Below, one piece after another: positions 1 to 9,500 of a stretch of 64,000 nt of DNA (position 1 is the first letter of the stretch; every line of letters begins with the position of its first letter). The notes beneath the pieces were generated by a model. It was given only the letters and a program-made list of their open reading frames with translations, was not told the origin of the DNA and ran no database searches. The stretch comes from Candidatus Cloacimonadales bacterium (GTDB taxonomy: Bacteria; Cloacimonadota; Cloacimonadia; Cloacimonadales; JAIOQZ01), in NCBI GenBank assembly GCA_963674825.1, contig OY771587.1:128001-192000 (forward strand), in the 5' to 3' direction. The translations under genes and the position numbers were made by a program.

Positions 1-905
1 CCCAGCTTCTTGGCGATGCCCATGTTCAGGATCACGTTGCCTTCTTTGTTTTCTGCAAGCGGAATACCTGCCGGTGGCGTACCGTCGAGTATCTTGAGTG
101 CTGCGGCAGCAGCCCAGCTACCCTGCTCGGAAGCTACTTTCGTGAATCCGATCAGCGCATAGTTTTCCATCCAGTCGTAGATTGTTCCGGTAGGAACCTT
201 CACGTTTTGCAGTACGAACTCCTTCGCTGCACTATCGTCCCAACCCTTGATGCCGGCGTTGTTACCGACAATGAGCATATCAACGCTGGTTTGCAGTGCG
301 ATAAAGCCTTTCTTCCACTCATTGAAATCTTGCACGTAGATTTCTTCGAGCTTCATGCCGAACTTGTTCCTGTAGTTCTCGGCTTCTTTTCGCGCAGTGA
401 GATTATCCGCTTCGATGTACCCGATCTTCTCACCCTTGGCGTATTTCTGCAGCATACCGATAAGCTGTTTGACCGGACCGACTTCGATCATGCCGGTCGT
501 GTTCTTATAGGGCATACCGTAACCAGAAGCATCCCAATTAACACCACAGAATACGAATGGAATATTTGCATCCTTGAAATAGGGCTCAATCAGATATTTT
601 GCGGCATTGTCATCGGAGGTGATTACCACATCCGGCTTCCAGTCTTCGATGACTTTCTTCGCACTCAGCGCAGCTTTTTTCACAAAATCCTCTGAGGGAT
701 TATTCTTCGTATCCATACGGACGATCTTCAGCTCAGCGCCGGAGGGATCGATTACACTCTTCACACCTGAAGTAACGCCATCACTCCAGGCATATCCTTC
801 ATGGTAGGAATCGACATATAAAACCTTTTTGCCCGCGTAGTTCTGCGCAAAGACAAACGATACACAAACGGTGAGTAACACGACCAAAACAAGAAATCTT
901 CTCAT
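1..905 (-). CDS. ABC-type substrate-binding/periplasmic sensor protein (3' end runs off the window); paralog of 960..1913
   Basis: Manual translation from ATG at 905: MRRFLVLVVLLTVCVSFVFAQNYAGKKVLYVDSYHEGYAWSDG..., colinear with the next ORF; AGGAG RBS upstream; absent from the ORF track because it is truncated. Confidence 0.85.
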   Translation of the reverse strand, partial: MRRFLVLVVLLTVCVSFVFAQNYAGKKVLYVDSYHEGYAWSDGVTSGVKSVIDPSGAELKIVRMDTKNNPSEDFVKKAALSAKKVIEDWKPDVVITSDDNAAKYLIEPYFKDANIPFVFCGVNWDASGYGMPYKNTTGMIEVGPVKQLIGMLQKYAKGEKIGYIEADNLTARKEAENYRNKFGMKLEEIYVQDFNEWKKGFIALQTSVDMLIVGNNAGIKGWDDSAAKEFVLQNVKVPTGTIYDWMENYALIGFTKVASEQGSWAAAAALKILDGTPPAGIPLAENKEGNVILNMGIAKKL

Positions 906-959
906 TGGGACACTCCTTTTTTATTATCGTGATTCTGTGATAGTAATCGATAGATGACA

Positions 960-1913
960 TTATTTTATAATCGTTGCACCTTTCAACATCATGGTGTTGA
1001 ATCTGATCCCAAGCTTTTTTGCGATGCTCAGGTTCAGCGCTACAGTACCTTCTTTGTTCTGAGTAATTGGAATTTCAGATGGTGATGTTCCATTTAAAAT
1101 CTTTAGTGCTGCCATTGCAGCCCAACGACCTTGTTCCGATGCCCTTTTCATAAAGCTCACCAATGCGAATTTCGCCATCCAGTCAAGATTGGTTCCAGTG
1201 GGGATTTCTGTATTCGCAAGCACAAACTGATATGCTTCTTCATCATTCCATCCGATTGTGTTTACACTGTTTCCCATTATCAGTATATCAACGCTTAACT
1301 GGAACTCCTTAAAATATTTTTTCCATTCATCGAACCCCTCGACGAACCTCTCGTTAAATTCATAGCCGAATTCCTTCTTTAAGTTTTCAACCTCTTTCCG
1401 AGCGCTAAATGTATCAGATTCGAGAAAACCAATTCGTTCACCTTTAGCATATTTACCAAGCGTGTAGATGAGGTTATCAATTGGGCTTATCTCCAACATT
1501 CCTGTCGTATTTTTAAATGGCAAGCCATACACCGAGGCGTCCCAGTTAATACCGCAAAAAACAATAGGTAGCTCACTATTATTGAAATATGGAACAATAA
1601 AGTACTTTGCGGCATTGTCATCAGAAGTAATAACAACATCCGGTTCCCAATCTGCGACTAACACTCTTGCTTTACGCGCAGCTTCCTGCTTAAAAGTCTC
1701 AGATGTATTATTCTTAGTGTCCATGCGGAAGATCTTAAGTGTTGCACCGGAAGTATCTATAATGCTTTTTATACCCGCAGTAATACTATCACTCCAAGCA
1801 TAACCTTCATGATATGAATCTATGTATAGAATCTTTTTACCTATAAAGTTCTGTGCAGCTATCACAGGGATGCAGGCGAACAAAAGAAACATGACAACAA
1901 GGAACCGTTTCAT
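960..1913 (-). CDS. ABC-type substrate-binding/periplasmic sensor protein
   Basis: Signal peptide; ILYIDSYHEGYAWS, PDVVITSDDNA, PIVFCGIN and QGRWAAMAALKILNGTSPSEIPI motifs typical of type I periplasmic binding folds. Confidence 0.8.
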   Translation of the reverse strand: MKRFLVVMFLLFACIPVIAAQNFIGKKILYIDSYHEGYAWSDSITAGIKSIIDTSGATLKIFRMDTKNNTSETFKQEAARKARVLVADWEPDVVITSDDNAAKYFIVPYFNNSELPIVFCGINWDASVYGLPFKNTTGMLEISPIDNLIYTLGKYAKGERIGFLESDTFSARKEVENLKKEFGYEFNERFVEGFDEWKKYFKEFQLSVDILIMGNSVNTIGWNDEEAYQFVLANTEIPTGTNLDWMAKFALVSFMKRASEQGRWAAMAALKILNGTSPSEIPITQNKEGTVALNLSIAKKLGIRFNTMMLKGATIIK

Positions 1914-2000
1914 GGTATTTTCCTCGTTTTGTATTCATGAAGATAGTATATGAAGAAACGGTTAAAATGCAATTGAAAAGAAATCGGTAAAAAAATGAAT

Positions 2001-2074
2001 TGGCAGGGATGGAAGGAGTCGAACCCTCACATACGGAACCAGAATCCGCTGTCCTACCATTAGACGACATCCCT
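2001..2074 (-). tRNA. tRNA-Gln(CUG), copy 1
   Basis: Cloverleaf AGGGATG...CATCCCT-G-CCA, anticodon loop TT-CTG-GT, T-loop TTCGACT. Confidence 0.95.
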
Positions 2075-2128
2075 ACGAAAGATTTATGGCAAGTTCGTGA
2101 CCAAGTTGTTGATATGGTGATAGAAAAT

Positions 2129-2202
2129 TGGCAGGGATGGAAGGAGTCGAACCCTCACATACGGAACCAGAATCCGCTGTCCTACCATTAGACGACATCC
2201 CT
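2129..2202 (-). tRNA. tRNA-Gln(CUG), copy 2 (identical to copy 1)
   Basis: Exact 74-bp repeat of 2001..2074. Confidence 0.95.
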
Positions 2203-2222
2203 AAGCCTGAAATTCTATATAT

Positions 2223-2297
2223 TGGCAAGGCCGGGAGGATTCGAACCTCCGTATGCCAGAACCAAAACCTGGTGCCTTACCGCTTGGCGACGGCCTT
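2223..2297 (-). tRNA. tRNA-Gln(UUG)
   Basis: AAGGCCG...CGGCCTT-G-CCA, anticodon loop TT-TTG-GT. Confidence 0.95.
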
Positions 2298-2306
2298 GCA
2301 TTGATA

Positions 2307-2400
<94 letters not shown>

Positions 2401-2422
2401 GCATACATTCAATGATCAATTA

Positions 2423-2508
2423 TGGCGGAGGATGAGGGATTCGAACCCCCAAGGGCAAAGCCCGGCGGTTTTCAAGACCGCTGTCTTACCAATTAGAGCT
2501 AATCCTCC
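2423..2508 (-). tRNA. tRNA-Ser(UGA)
   Basis: GGAGGAT...ATCCTCC-G-CCA, anticodon TGA, long variable arm. Confidence 0.95.
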
Positions 2509-2834
2509 ACGTCGGTTGGAGTGCTACAAAAAAATCCGCTGGCTTCTCGTGTCAACGAATTTTTTACACAATCTACAATCCGTCTTCAGCTCGATCCATG
2601 TTGACTGGATTGAATTCGTCCTTTAGACTCCACCAATATAGTAAATCATCTTCACTGATGTGCAAGCGATTCATACACTTTTCGTTTTTTTTTGCATCCA
2701 CAATCTTGTCCGATCTGGCACACTATCTGTTCAGTATCGGCCATTTCATCAAAAGATTATTTTCTCTTTGACATCGCCAACTTCCGAATCAATTTATATT
2801 GTAGTGAAATGCCACAAACAGAAGAGGAATCTGA

Positions 2835-4628
2835 ATGGCCAAAATCGGTTTGTTTTACGGAATTTCTCAAGAGCTCTCGCAGTTGCGGATTGCCAGCCTT
2901 CGTTGTGTTGACGACCAACTTTATATAGACCAACTGCTGGAAGAGCTAATGCCAGTTGAAGAGCATAGCGAAGGTGAAGAATCGTTCTTTGACGACTTCG
3001 ACTTCGGCTCCCCCACTCCCACTTCGGAAGCACCGGCAGAGTTCGAATCCGCCGATGAAGACACATCAGATGAAGTGACCGAAGCGACCATGACCGCGCA
3101 ACAGACCCTGCGGAACCTTATTGATAGCCTTTCCATGCAGGACGCGCTACTCTCGATGAATCTCGATGTATTCAATGTCGAATACAAGACCATACGCGTC
3201 AGTAAGAAGACCGGCAAACGCAAGATGCAGGAGCAGGTTCGCCGTGCATTCGCGGGAAAAGGTCTCCCCCAGCGCGCCTTCACTTGGTTTGAGCATGATG
3301 ACGAATCAATCATCGGAGTGAAGAACTCCGGTCGACTGGAATTGCTGGAGCGCTTCATCGACGCCAGTCAGGTCACCCCCCGTAAATTCCTCAAATACCG
3401 CAGAATGCAGACCAACGAGATCGCCCTGATCAACGCCCTTCGCTATCACTACACGCTCGGAGACGACGAGATCAGCGCTATCTTCTATATCGGTGAAGAG
3501 TACAGCCGCGTTATCCTCATGCAGGGCACTACCTTTGTGAATGCTCTTCCAATCATCAATGAAGGAGCAGAATCGGAGAACGTCGTAGTACGTGTTCATA
3601 GTCGCTTTCTGCTGGAACGCCAGCAAAGCGCGCTACCTCACCTGGATAGAATTTTCCTGGCAGGAAGCAAGCTTAACCGGGCTAAGCTTGAATACCTTCA
3701 GGAGAATGAATCGGATGTAAAAGTGGAATATCTTCTGCCACTGGCATTTATGCACAACGATCTTGATTTCACAGAGGAAGAACTCGCAAGCTATATTGTT
3801 CCCATCTCGCTCGCGACGGAAGTTGCCAAGCAGAAGCATCCGGCGCTGATCCACGCCGATTTCCTGCCGAAATTCATCCTCGAACAACAAAATGTTCTAT
3901 CGATCAGCGTTCCGGGATTCATGGTGCTGATAATCTTGCTTATGGTCTCTTACCTATTCCTGGAGAGCACGTTCACGTTATTGAGCGCGAATTCGTCGGC
4001 AAACCTCGAGATCGAGCAGATTGGAAATCAGATTGAGATCAACAATCAGGTGATCGATTCACTCTCTTCCATCACCCGTCAGATCGAAAAGCTTGAAGCT
4101 GATATGGGATTTTACCGAAAGTATATCGGAGACCGAAACCAGTGGCACTACATCGTCGAAATGCTCGGCGAAAGCTTCCGCGACAACCCTTTGACATGGG
4201 GAACGAATATAATCAAAGAAGATGGTCGCATCCGGTTACAGGGTAGCACCACCTCGCGGAGAAGCATCGTCGATTTCTCCAATCTTTTCCCGCGGAGCGA
4301 GATAAAGAAAATCGAGAAACGCGAGATCGAGGATTACACCGTATGGGATTACGAAATCCTGTTCGATATGCCGGACCCATTTATGAGCCAGCGTGCCGAT
4401 GAGCAATTGATGAACTCAGCGCATAAGAAAGTCACGCCATTCGTGACCATTGCGGATTCACCGTCCGGAAACCTCTACATCGTTAAGAATGGCGATAACC
4501 CTTCCTCGATCGCGCAACAACTTGGAATCGATGTTGAACGGCTTGAGCAGATCAATCGTTTGAAATCGCGGCTTGTGGACGGAAAACGTATCCTCCTGGT
4601 TTACCCCGGGCAGAAACTCCGCTATTAA
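2835..4628 (+). CDS. PilM-like / PilN-like membrane protein with C-terminal LysM domain
   Basis: 597 aa; actin-fold-like segments (AIFYIGEEYSRVIL, IFLAG), one TM helix, coiled coil, PilN-like RIRLQGST, clear LysM (YIVKNGDNPSSIAQQLGI...VYPGQKL). Confidence 0.6.
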   Translation: MAKIGLFYGISQELSQLRIASLRCVDDQLYIDQLLEELMPVEEHSEGEESFFDDFDFGSPTPTSEAPAEFESADEDTSDEVTEATMTAQQTLRNLIDSLSMQDALLSMNLDVFNVEYKTIRVSKKTGKRKMQEQVRRAFAGKGLPQRAFTWFEHDDESIIGVKNSGRLELLERFIDASQVTPRKFLKYRRMQTNEIALINALRYHYTLGDDEISAIFYIGEEYSRVILMQGTTFVNALPIINEGAESENVVVRVHSRFLLERQQSALPHLDRIFLAGSKLNRAKLEYLQENESDVKVEYLLPLAFMHNDLDFTEEELASYIVPISLATEVAKQKHPALIHADFLPKFILEQQNVLSISVPGFMVLIILLMVSYLFLESTFTLLSANSSANLEIEQIGNQIEINNQVIDSLSSITRQIEKLEADMGFYRKYIGDRNQWHYIVEMLGESFRDNPLTWGTNIIKEDGRIRLQGSTTSRRSIVDFSNLFPRSEIKKIEKREIEDYTVWDYEILFDMPDPFMSQRADEQLMNSAHKKVTPFVTIADSPSGNLYIVKNGDNPSSIAQQLGIDVERLEQINRLKSRLVDGKRILLVYPGQKLRY

Positions 4629-4664
4629 ACTATTAAATCACGCTCCCGGAGCCGAACCACCAAG

Positions 4665-5189
4665 CTATTTGATGATCACGCTGGTGTTCATCACTACGCT
4701 ATCGACAAACTCCTTGAACAGGTTGAATCGTACTTTGTCGTCCCGCACGAGGTACGTTGATCGATCCAAATTCTCCGCAATCAAACGAAACTGAGCCGTA
4801 TCGGCAAACACAATCTTCGAGTAGATATCGCTGTTGATCATGAAGAAGATCTTCTCGACCGCCTGCTTTTCATCATGCTCGACAACCATTCGTTCGCTTT
4901 GCAGTTCCAGCGGTTCATCATCCAGATCCACCACCAGCTTCATGGGCGGTTCGGTCGATTCCGAACCTCGAACCTCACATACGATGTACCAGTACGGCTT
5001 CGAGGATTTTTTCTCGAACTGAAGGTAGAATGCCACATCCTGCGAGCCTTCGCTGGTGAAGTCGGCCTTGTCCGTGTAATAGATCTCCACGTTATCGGGC
5101 GTATTATCCACACGATAAACGTCGAACTGTGTCGTGGCACATCCAGCCAGAATCAACATAATTGCCAGGATTGTCATGATCGATTTCAT
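4665..5189 (-). CDS. hypothetical lipoprotein
   Basis: Start at MKSIMT with AGGAGG RBS; lipobox ILAGC. Confidence 0.75.
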   Translation of the reverse strand: MKSIMTILAIMLILAGCATTQFDVYRVDNTPDNVEIYYTDKADFTSEGSQDVAFYLQFEKKSSKPYWYIVCEVRGSESTEPPMKLVVDLDDEPLELQSERMVVEHDEKQAVEKIFFMINSDIYSKIVFADTAQFRLIAENLDRSTYLVRDDKVRFNLFKEFVDSVVMNTSVIIK

Positions 5190-5298
5190 AAGCACCTCCT
5201 TTCCTGTAATAGCATGCAAGTATTGTGCCTTTCAAGAGCGATCATGAAGTTCGTTCATTTTGCAGAAGGGTTTTAAAAGAGAGGGAATTGGGTGAGAA

Positions 5299-6342
5299 TT
5301 AAATTGAAATGGTAAGCTTACCCGCGTCTGCCGTTGTCTGTCCGATCACTGCGGATCGAATGCCCTTTTCGTTCAATTGCTCAACGATCAGCGCAGAGAC
5401 ATTTTGGGGAACGGTGAATAGCAATCCCCCCGAGGTTTGTGGATCAAAGACAATATCGAGTATCCACTGCGGAAGCTCGTTTCCACCACGGACATTATCG
5501 ATCCGGTAGGTAATATTTCCTTTCGTACCGCCGGGGACAAGCCTGTCCTTCGCCATCTCGATCGTCTGAGGATAGACCGGAATCGCGTTGAAATCGAGCT
5601 CTATGCCAATTTTCGTATCCTGGATCATCTCGAAAGCATGCCCTGCAAGCCCGAATCCTGTAACATCTGTACACGCGGAAACAGGATAACCGGTGATGAT
5701 CTCGCTGGCCACCTTATTGAGCATGGCCATGGAACGAGTCACTTCATCGATCAGTGTGTCGTCCGCTTTTCCCAGGCGTATTGCGGTATTGATGATGCCG
5801 TTCCCGATGGGCTTGGTCAGGATCAAGTGTTCGTCAAGCTTTGGCGTGTTATTCAGAAGGAGTTTCGACGGATGTATCAACCCGGTAACTGCAAGGCCGT
5901 ATTTCACACTGTCGTCCTTGATGCTGTGACCGCCCAACAGAGAGCAATTCGCTTCACGAAGCTTGCTCATGCCGCCCTCGGCGATAGCCTTGAGGACAGA
6001 GACATCGAGTTCGTGAATAGGAAAACAAACAATGCTCAGCGCGGTTATTGGCCTGGCCCCCATTGCATAGATATCGGAAAGAGAGTTGGCAGCAGCAATC
6101 TGCCCGAACGAATAAGGATCATCCACCACCGGTGGGAAGAAATCAACGGTTTGAACTACCGCCACATCATCGGAGATACGATACGCACCGGCATCCTCGC
6201 TGTGCCGGAAATCGACAAGCAGGTCCTCGCAAGAGGCTTGGGTCAGATCACCCAGGGATTCGGTTAAGACACACGGTCCTAACTTGGCAGCACAACCGGA
6301 GTACTCGGAGTACTGCGTCAGGCGGATTTTTTCTTCGTTCAT
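5299..6342 (-). CDS. selD: selenide, water dikinase (Cys form, GCAAK motif)
   Basis: RLTQYSEYSGCAAK, EDAGAY, QTVDFFPP, FGQIAAANSLSDIYAMG, GGHS, TDVTGFGL, DPQTSGGLL. Confidence 0.95.
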   Translation of the reverse strand: MNEEKIRLTQYSEYSGCAAKLGPCVLTESLGDLTQASCEDLLVDFRHSEDAGAYRISDDVAVVQTVDFFPPVVDDPYSFGQIAAANSLSDIYAMGARPITALSIVCFPIHELDVSVLKAIAEGGMSKLREANCSLLGGHSIKDDSVKYGLAVTGLIHPSKLLLNNTPKLDEHLILTKPIGNGIINTAIRLGKADDTLIDEVTRSMAMLNKVASEIITGYPVSACTDVTGFGLAGHAFEMIQDTKIGIELDFNAIPVYPQTIEMAKDRLVPGGTKGNITYRIDNVRGGNELPQWILDIVFDPQTSGGLLFTVPQNVSALIVEQLNEKGIRSAVIGQTTADAGKLTISI

Positions 6343-6581
6343 AATCTCTAATTGCGGATCATTTTCCTGTTGGCAGTTTTTTCTTGTAAAGTTTTTTCGC
6401 GCAATTGACACAAGAATCTTCATTGTATCAAACTCAAGTGTAATTATGAATTACATGTAATATTCAACTGCCTAAATCACTTGACAAGTTCCTTTTAGCG
6501 TGACATGATAACGACGTAGAAATTTGATACGCGTCGATTGAAATTCATGCGATAAACAAAGTAAAATATAAGTGAGGCACT

Positions 6582-9500
6582 ATGAAGCACGTTATAAGCA
6601 TTATTATCTTAGCCATGGCACTTACATTGTCTGCTTATACAGCAGATTTTATGTGCAACCCAACAACTGTTGCCTTGGGTGATCCTGTCCTGTTCACATC
6701 GTTAAGTTATCCGGCTGCTACATTCCTGTTCTGGACTTTCGGCGATGGAACAACCTCAATGGGGAATAATATTTATCATACATACCCGGAAGGAGGCCTG
6801 TATTCCGTTACTATGACTGCAACATGGTGGGCTTATGGCAATCTTATGGAGGAGAAAGAGGATTATATTAACGTGCTGGAGGCGCGTTACAACACCAGTG
6901 ACACGGGAGGAACCGTACCTTACACGGCCAGTTTCACAGACTTGTCACTGGGTAGATACGATATATCAATCTGGGACTTTGGTGATGGCTCGCTACCAGA
7001 TATCAATCCTACAGAACCGATACAGCATACTTACACAGAGACCGGGCTGTTCGATGTGTCGCTGACAGTCATGGATTCGACCGGTGTTTTCCATACGTTT
7101 ACGCGTGAGGATCTGATCAATGTGACAAACGATGAACTGAGCGTGCAACTCGGAAGCGATGTAACATCAGGGTCAGCGCCATTACAAGTACATTTCTATG
7201 CAGAAACCACTGGAAACATCCTGAGTTACGACTGGGATTTTGGCGACGGTACCGCCCACAGTTATGAAGCTGATCCTATTCACACCTTTACAACAAACGG
7301 CATCTATACCGTGAGTGTGGCTGTACATGACGGCAACGAACTGGCTATCGATACAAGGCAGGATTACATCGCTGTGGGAACCGTAATCAATACTCAAGTA
7401 CCGATCGATAACGCCTACTGGCCGGCAACCGACAGCCCGTTTATCGTGTACGGAAACCTTGAGGTTGGCGCGGACGGCGTACTGGTTGTCGAGCCTGATG
7501 TCACAATCATGTTCGGCGATGGGCAATCGTTCCAGGTCAACGGACAGATGAACGCGAACGGCGCTACTTTCCGCTCGCTTGAGGGCGGTATCTGGGGCGG
7601 TATCCACTATGGCTCCAATGGATACGGGCAGCTTACGGATTGCGATATCATCGGTGCATTGAACGGAATTACTCTTCAACGGGACTCCCGTTCAAGTCGT
7701 GAAACGCCCACACTTACCAATCTCCGCATCAAGACTTCCAACACGGCCACACGTCCCGACGGGACAGGGCTTACAATCCAAGGAACGTTTGACGATGTGC
7801 TCGATACGATCCTGATTGAAGGCTACGAATACGGTATCGATATCGACAACCTTCAGGGTACCACAACAACCCCCACACTGACCAATATCCGCATCAAGAC
7901 ATCCAACACCGCCACGCGAGAGGCGGCGGAGGCAATCAACATCAACGGTTTATGCGCTCCGCAGATCAACGATGTACTGATAGAGGACTACGATACCGGT
8001 ATCATCATCAACGATACGAGCAGCGATCCACTTGCGACGCCGACCCTGACCAACGTCCGGATCAAGACGTCTAATACCGCTACGCGTAGCGCTACAAAAG
8101 CTATCTCGCTGATTAACGTCGGCGATATCCAGATCGGCGGAACAGACGAGGCCGACTCAGTAGTGATCGAAAACTACCCGTCGGGTATCGAGATGTTCCA
8201 ATCGAGCTTACGATCCCGCGCAACACCAACGCTGACCAACATCCGCATCAAGAATTCCAACACTGCAACCCGTGTCGATACAACCGCGATCTCATTCCAG
8301 GGACCGATCGACGCTCAAATCAACGGCCTTACCATTGAAGACTACGTCACTGGGCTTTATTACGACGGCGACAGCGGAGATACACGCGACACACCGACTC
8401 TAACCAATATCCGCATCAAAAATTCTAATACTGCGACCAGACGATCATCTTGTGGTATGCGTTTCTATAACCTCGATTCCGTGATCATCGGTGGACCGAC
8501 CGAGGCTGACTCGGTTATCATCGAGGGTTATGATGTCGGCTTATCGATCAATGCGAACCTGCTTCGCAGCAGAGCGACACCTACACTTACGAACATCCGG
8601 CTTAAAACCTCAACAACCGCAACTCGTGCAGTCTCACACGGTCTCGAGTTCAACGGCAATGTCACCGCGAACGTTAGCGGAGCAATTCTCGACGGATTCG
8701 ATTACGGTGTCTATTATAACATGAATGGCAACTACCGCGTTCGCGAAACGCCAACCCTGACCAATCTTCGCCTTAAATCGAGTAACACCGCAACGCGTGA
8801 ACTTACAACCGGTATTTTCCTGATGGATGTCGATGCAATCATCATCGGCGACTCAACCCATGCAGATGATATCGTGATCGACGGTTACCCAAACGGCGTC
8901 GAGGTGATGTCTGTTCTCCGTGAAATCACCACGCCGACACTCACCAATCTTCGCTTGAAATCGAGCAACACCGCAACGCGCGATCCGGGAACCGGTATCT
9001 ATTTCGGAGCTGGCACTGCTGGCTTGATCCGAGATTGTAAGATCGAGGACTATACTACGGGTATCGCTCTTGAGCTAACGGATACTGTTGAAGCACATAA
9101 TAACTCGCTGCACAATAATGCTACCGGCATCGAAATGACATCTGTCGCAAGTCCGGTTAACTTGCATCACAACATGATCTACCTCGACTCAGCATATGGA
9201 AATGCGACCATGTCATATGCGGCATTCTCGATTAACTACTCGAACAATGTTATCGTGCACAACAATACCATCTACGATTATAACTACGGCGCTTTCTTCG
9301 CCACATCGAATGCTGACTGGAACATGAATATCGTGTGGGCCGAAGACGATTTCAATAGCGCGATCAGCGCTCCCGATTCAAACTCGACACTCAGCGTGAT
9401 CTATAACAACATGATGGACTATAACACTACGAACGGTAATATCTCTGCTGATCCCAAGTTCATCAACGCAATGGATGGTAACTTTAGCCTACGCGCAAGC

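Noticed and set aside
2001..2202. Exact 74-bp direct repeat as a CRISPR array or att site
   Set aside because: Both copies are complete tRNA-Gln(CUG) genes with CCA; an ordinary tandem duplication.
2423..2508. tRNA-Sec (selC), given two selD genes
   Set aside because: The anticodon is TGA (Ser, reads UCA), not TCA, and the acceptor stem is a normal 7 bp.
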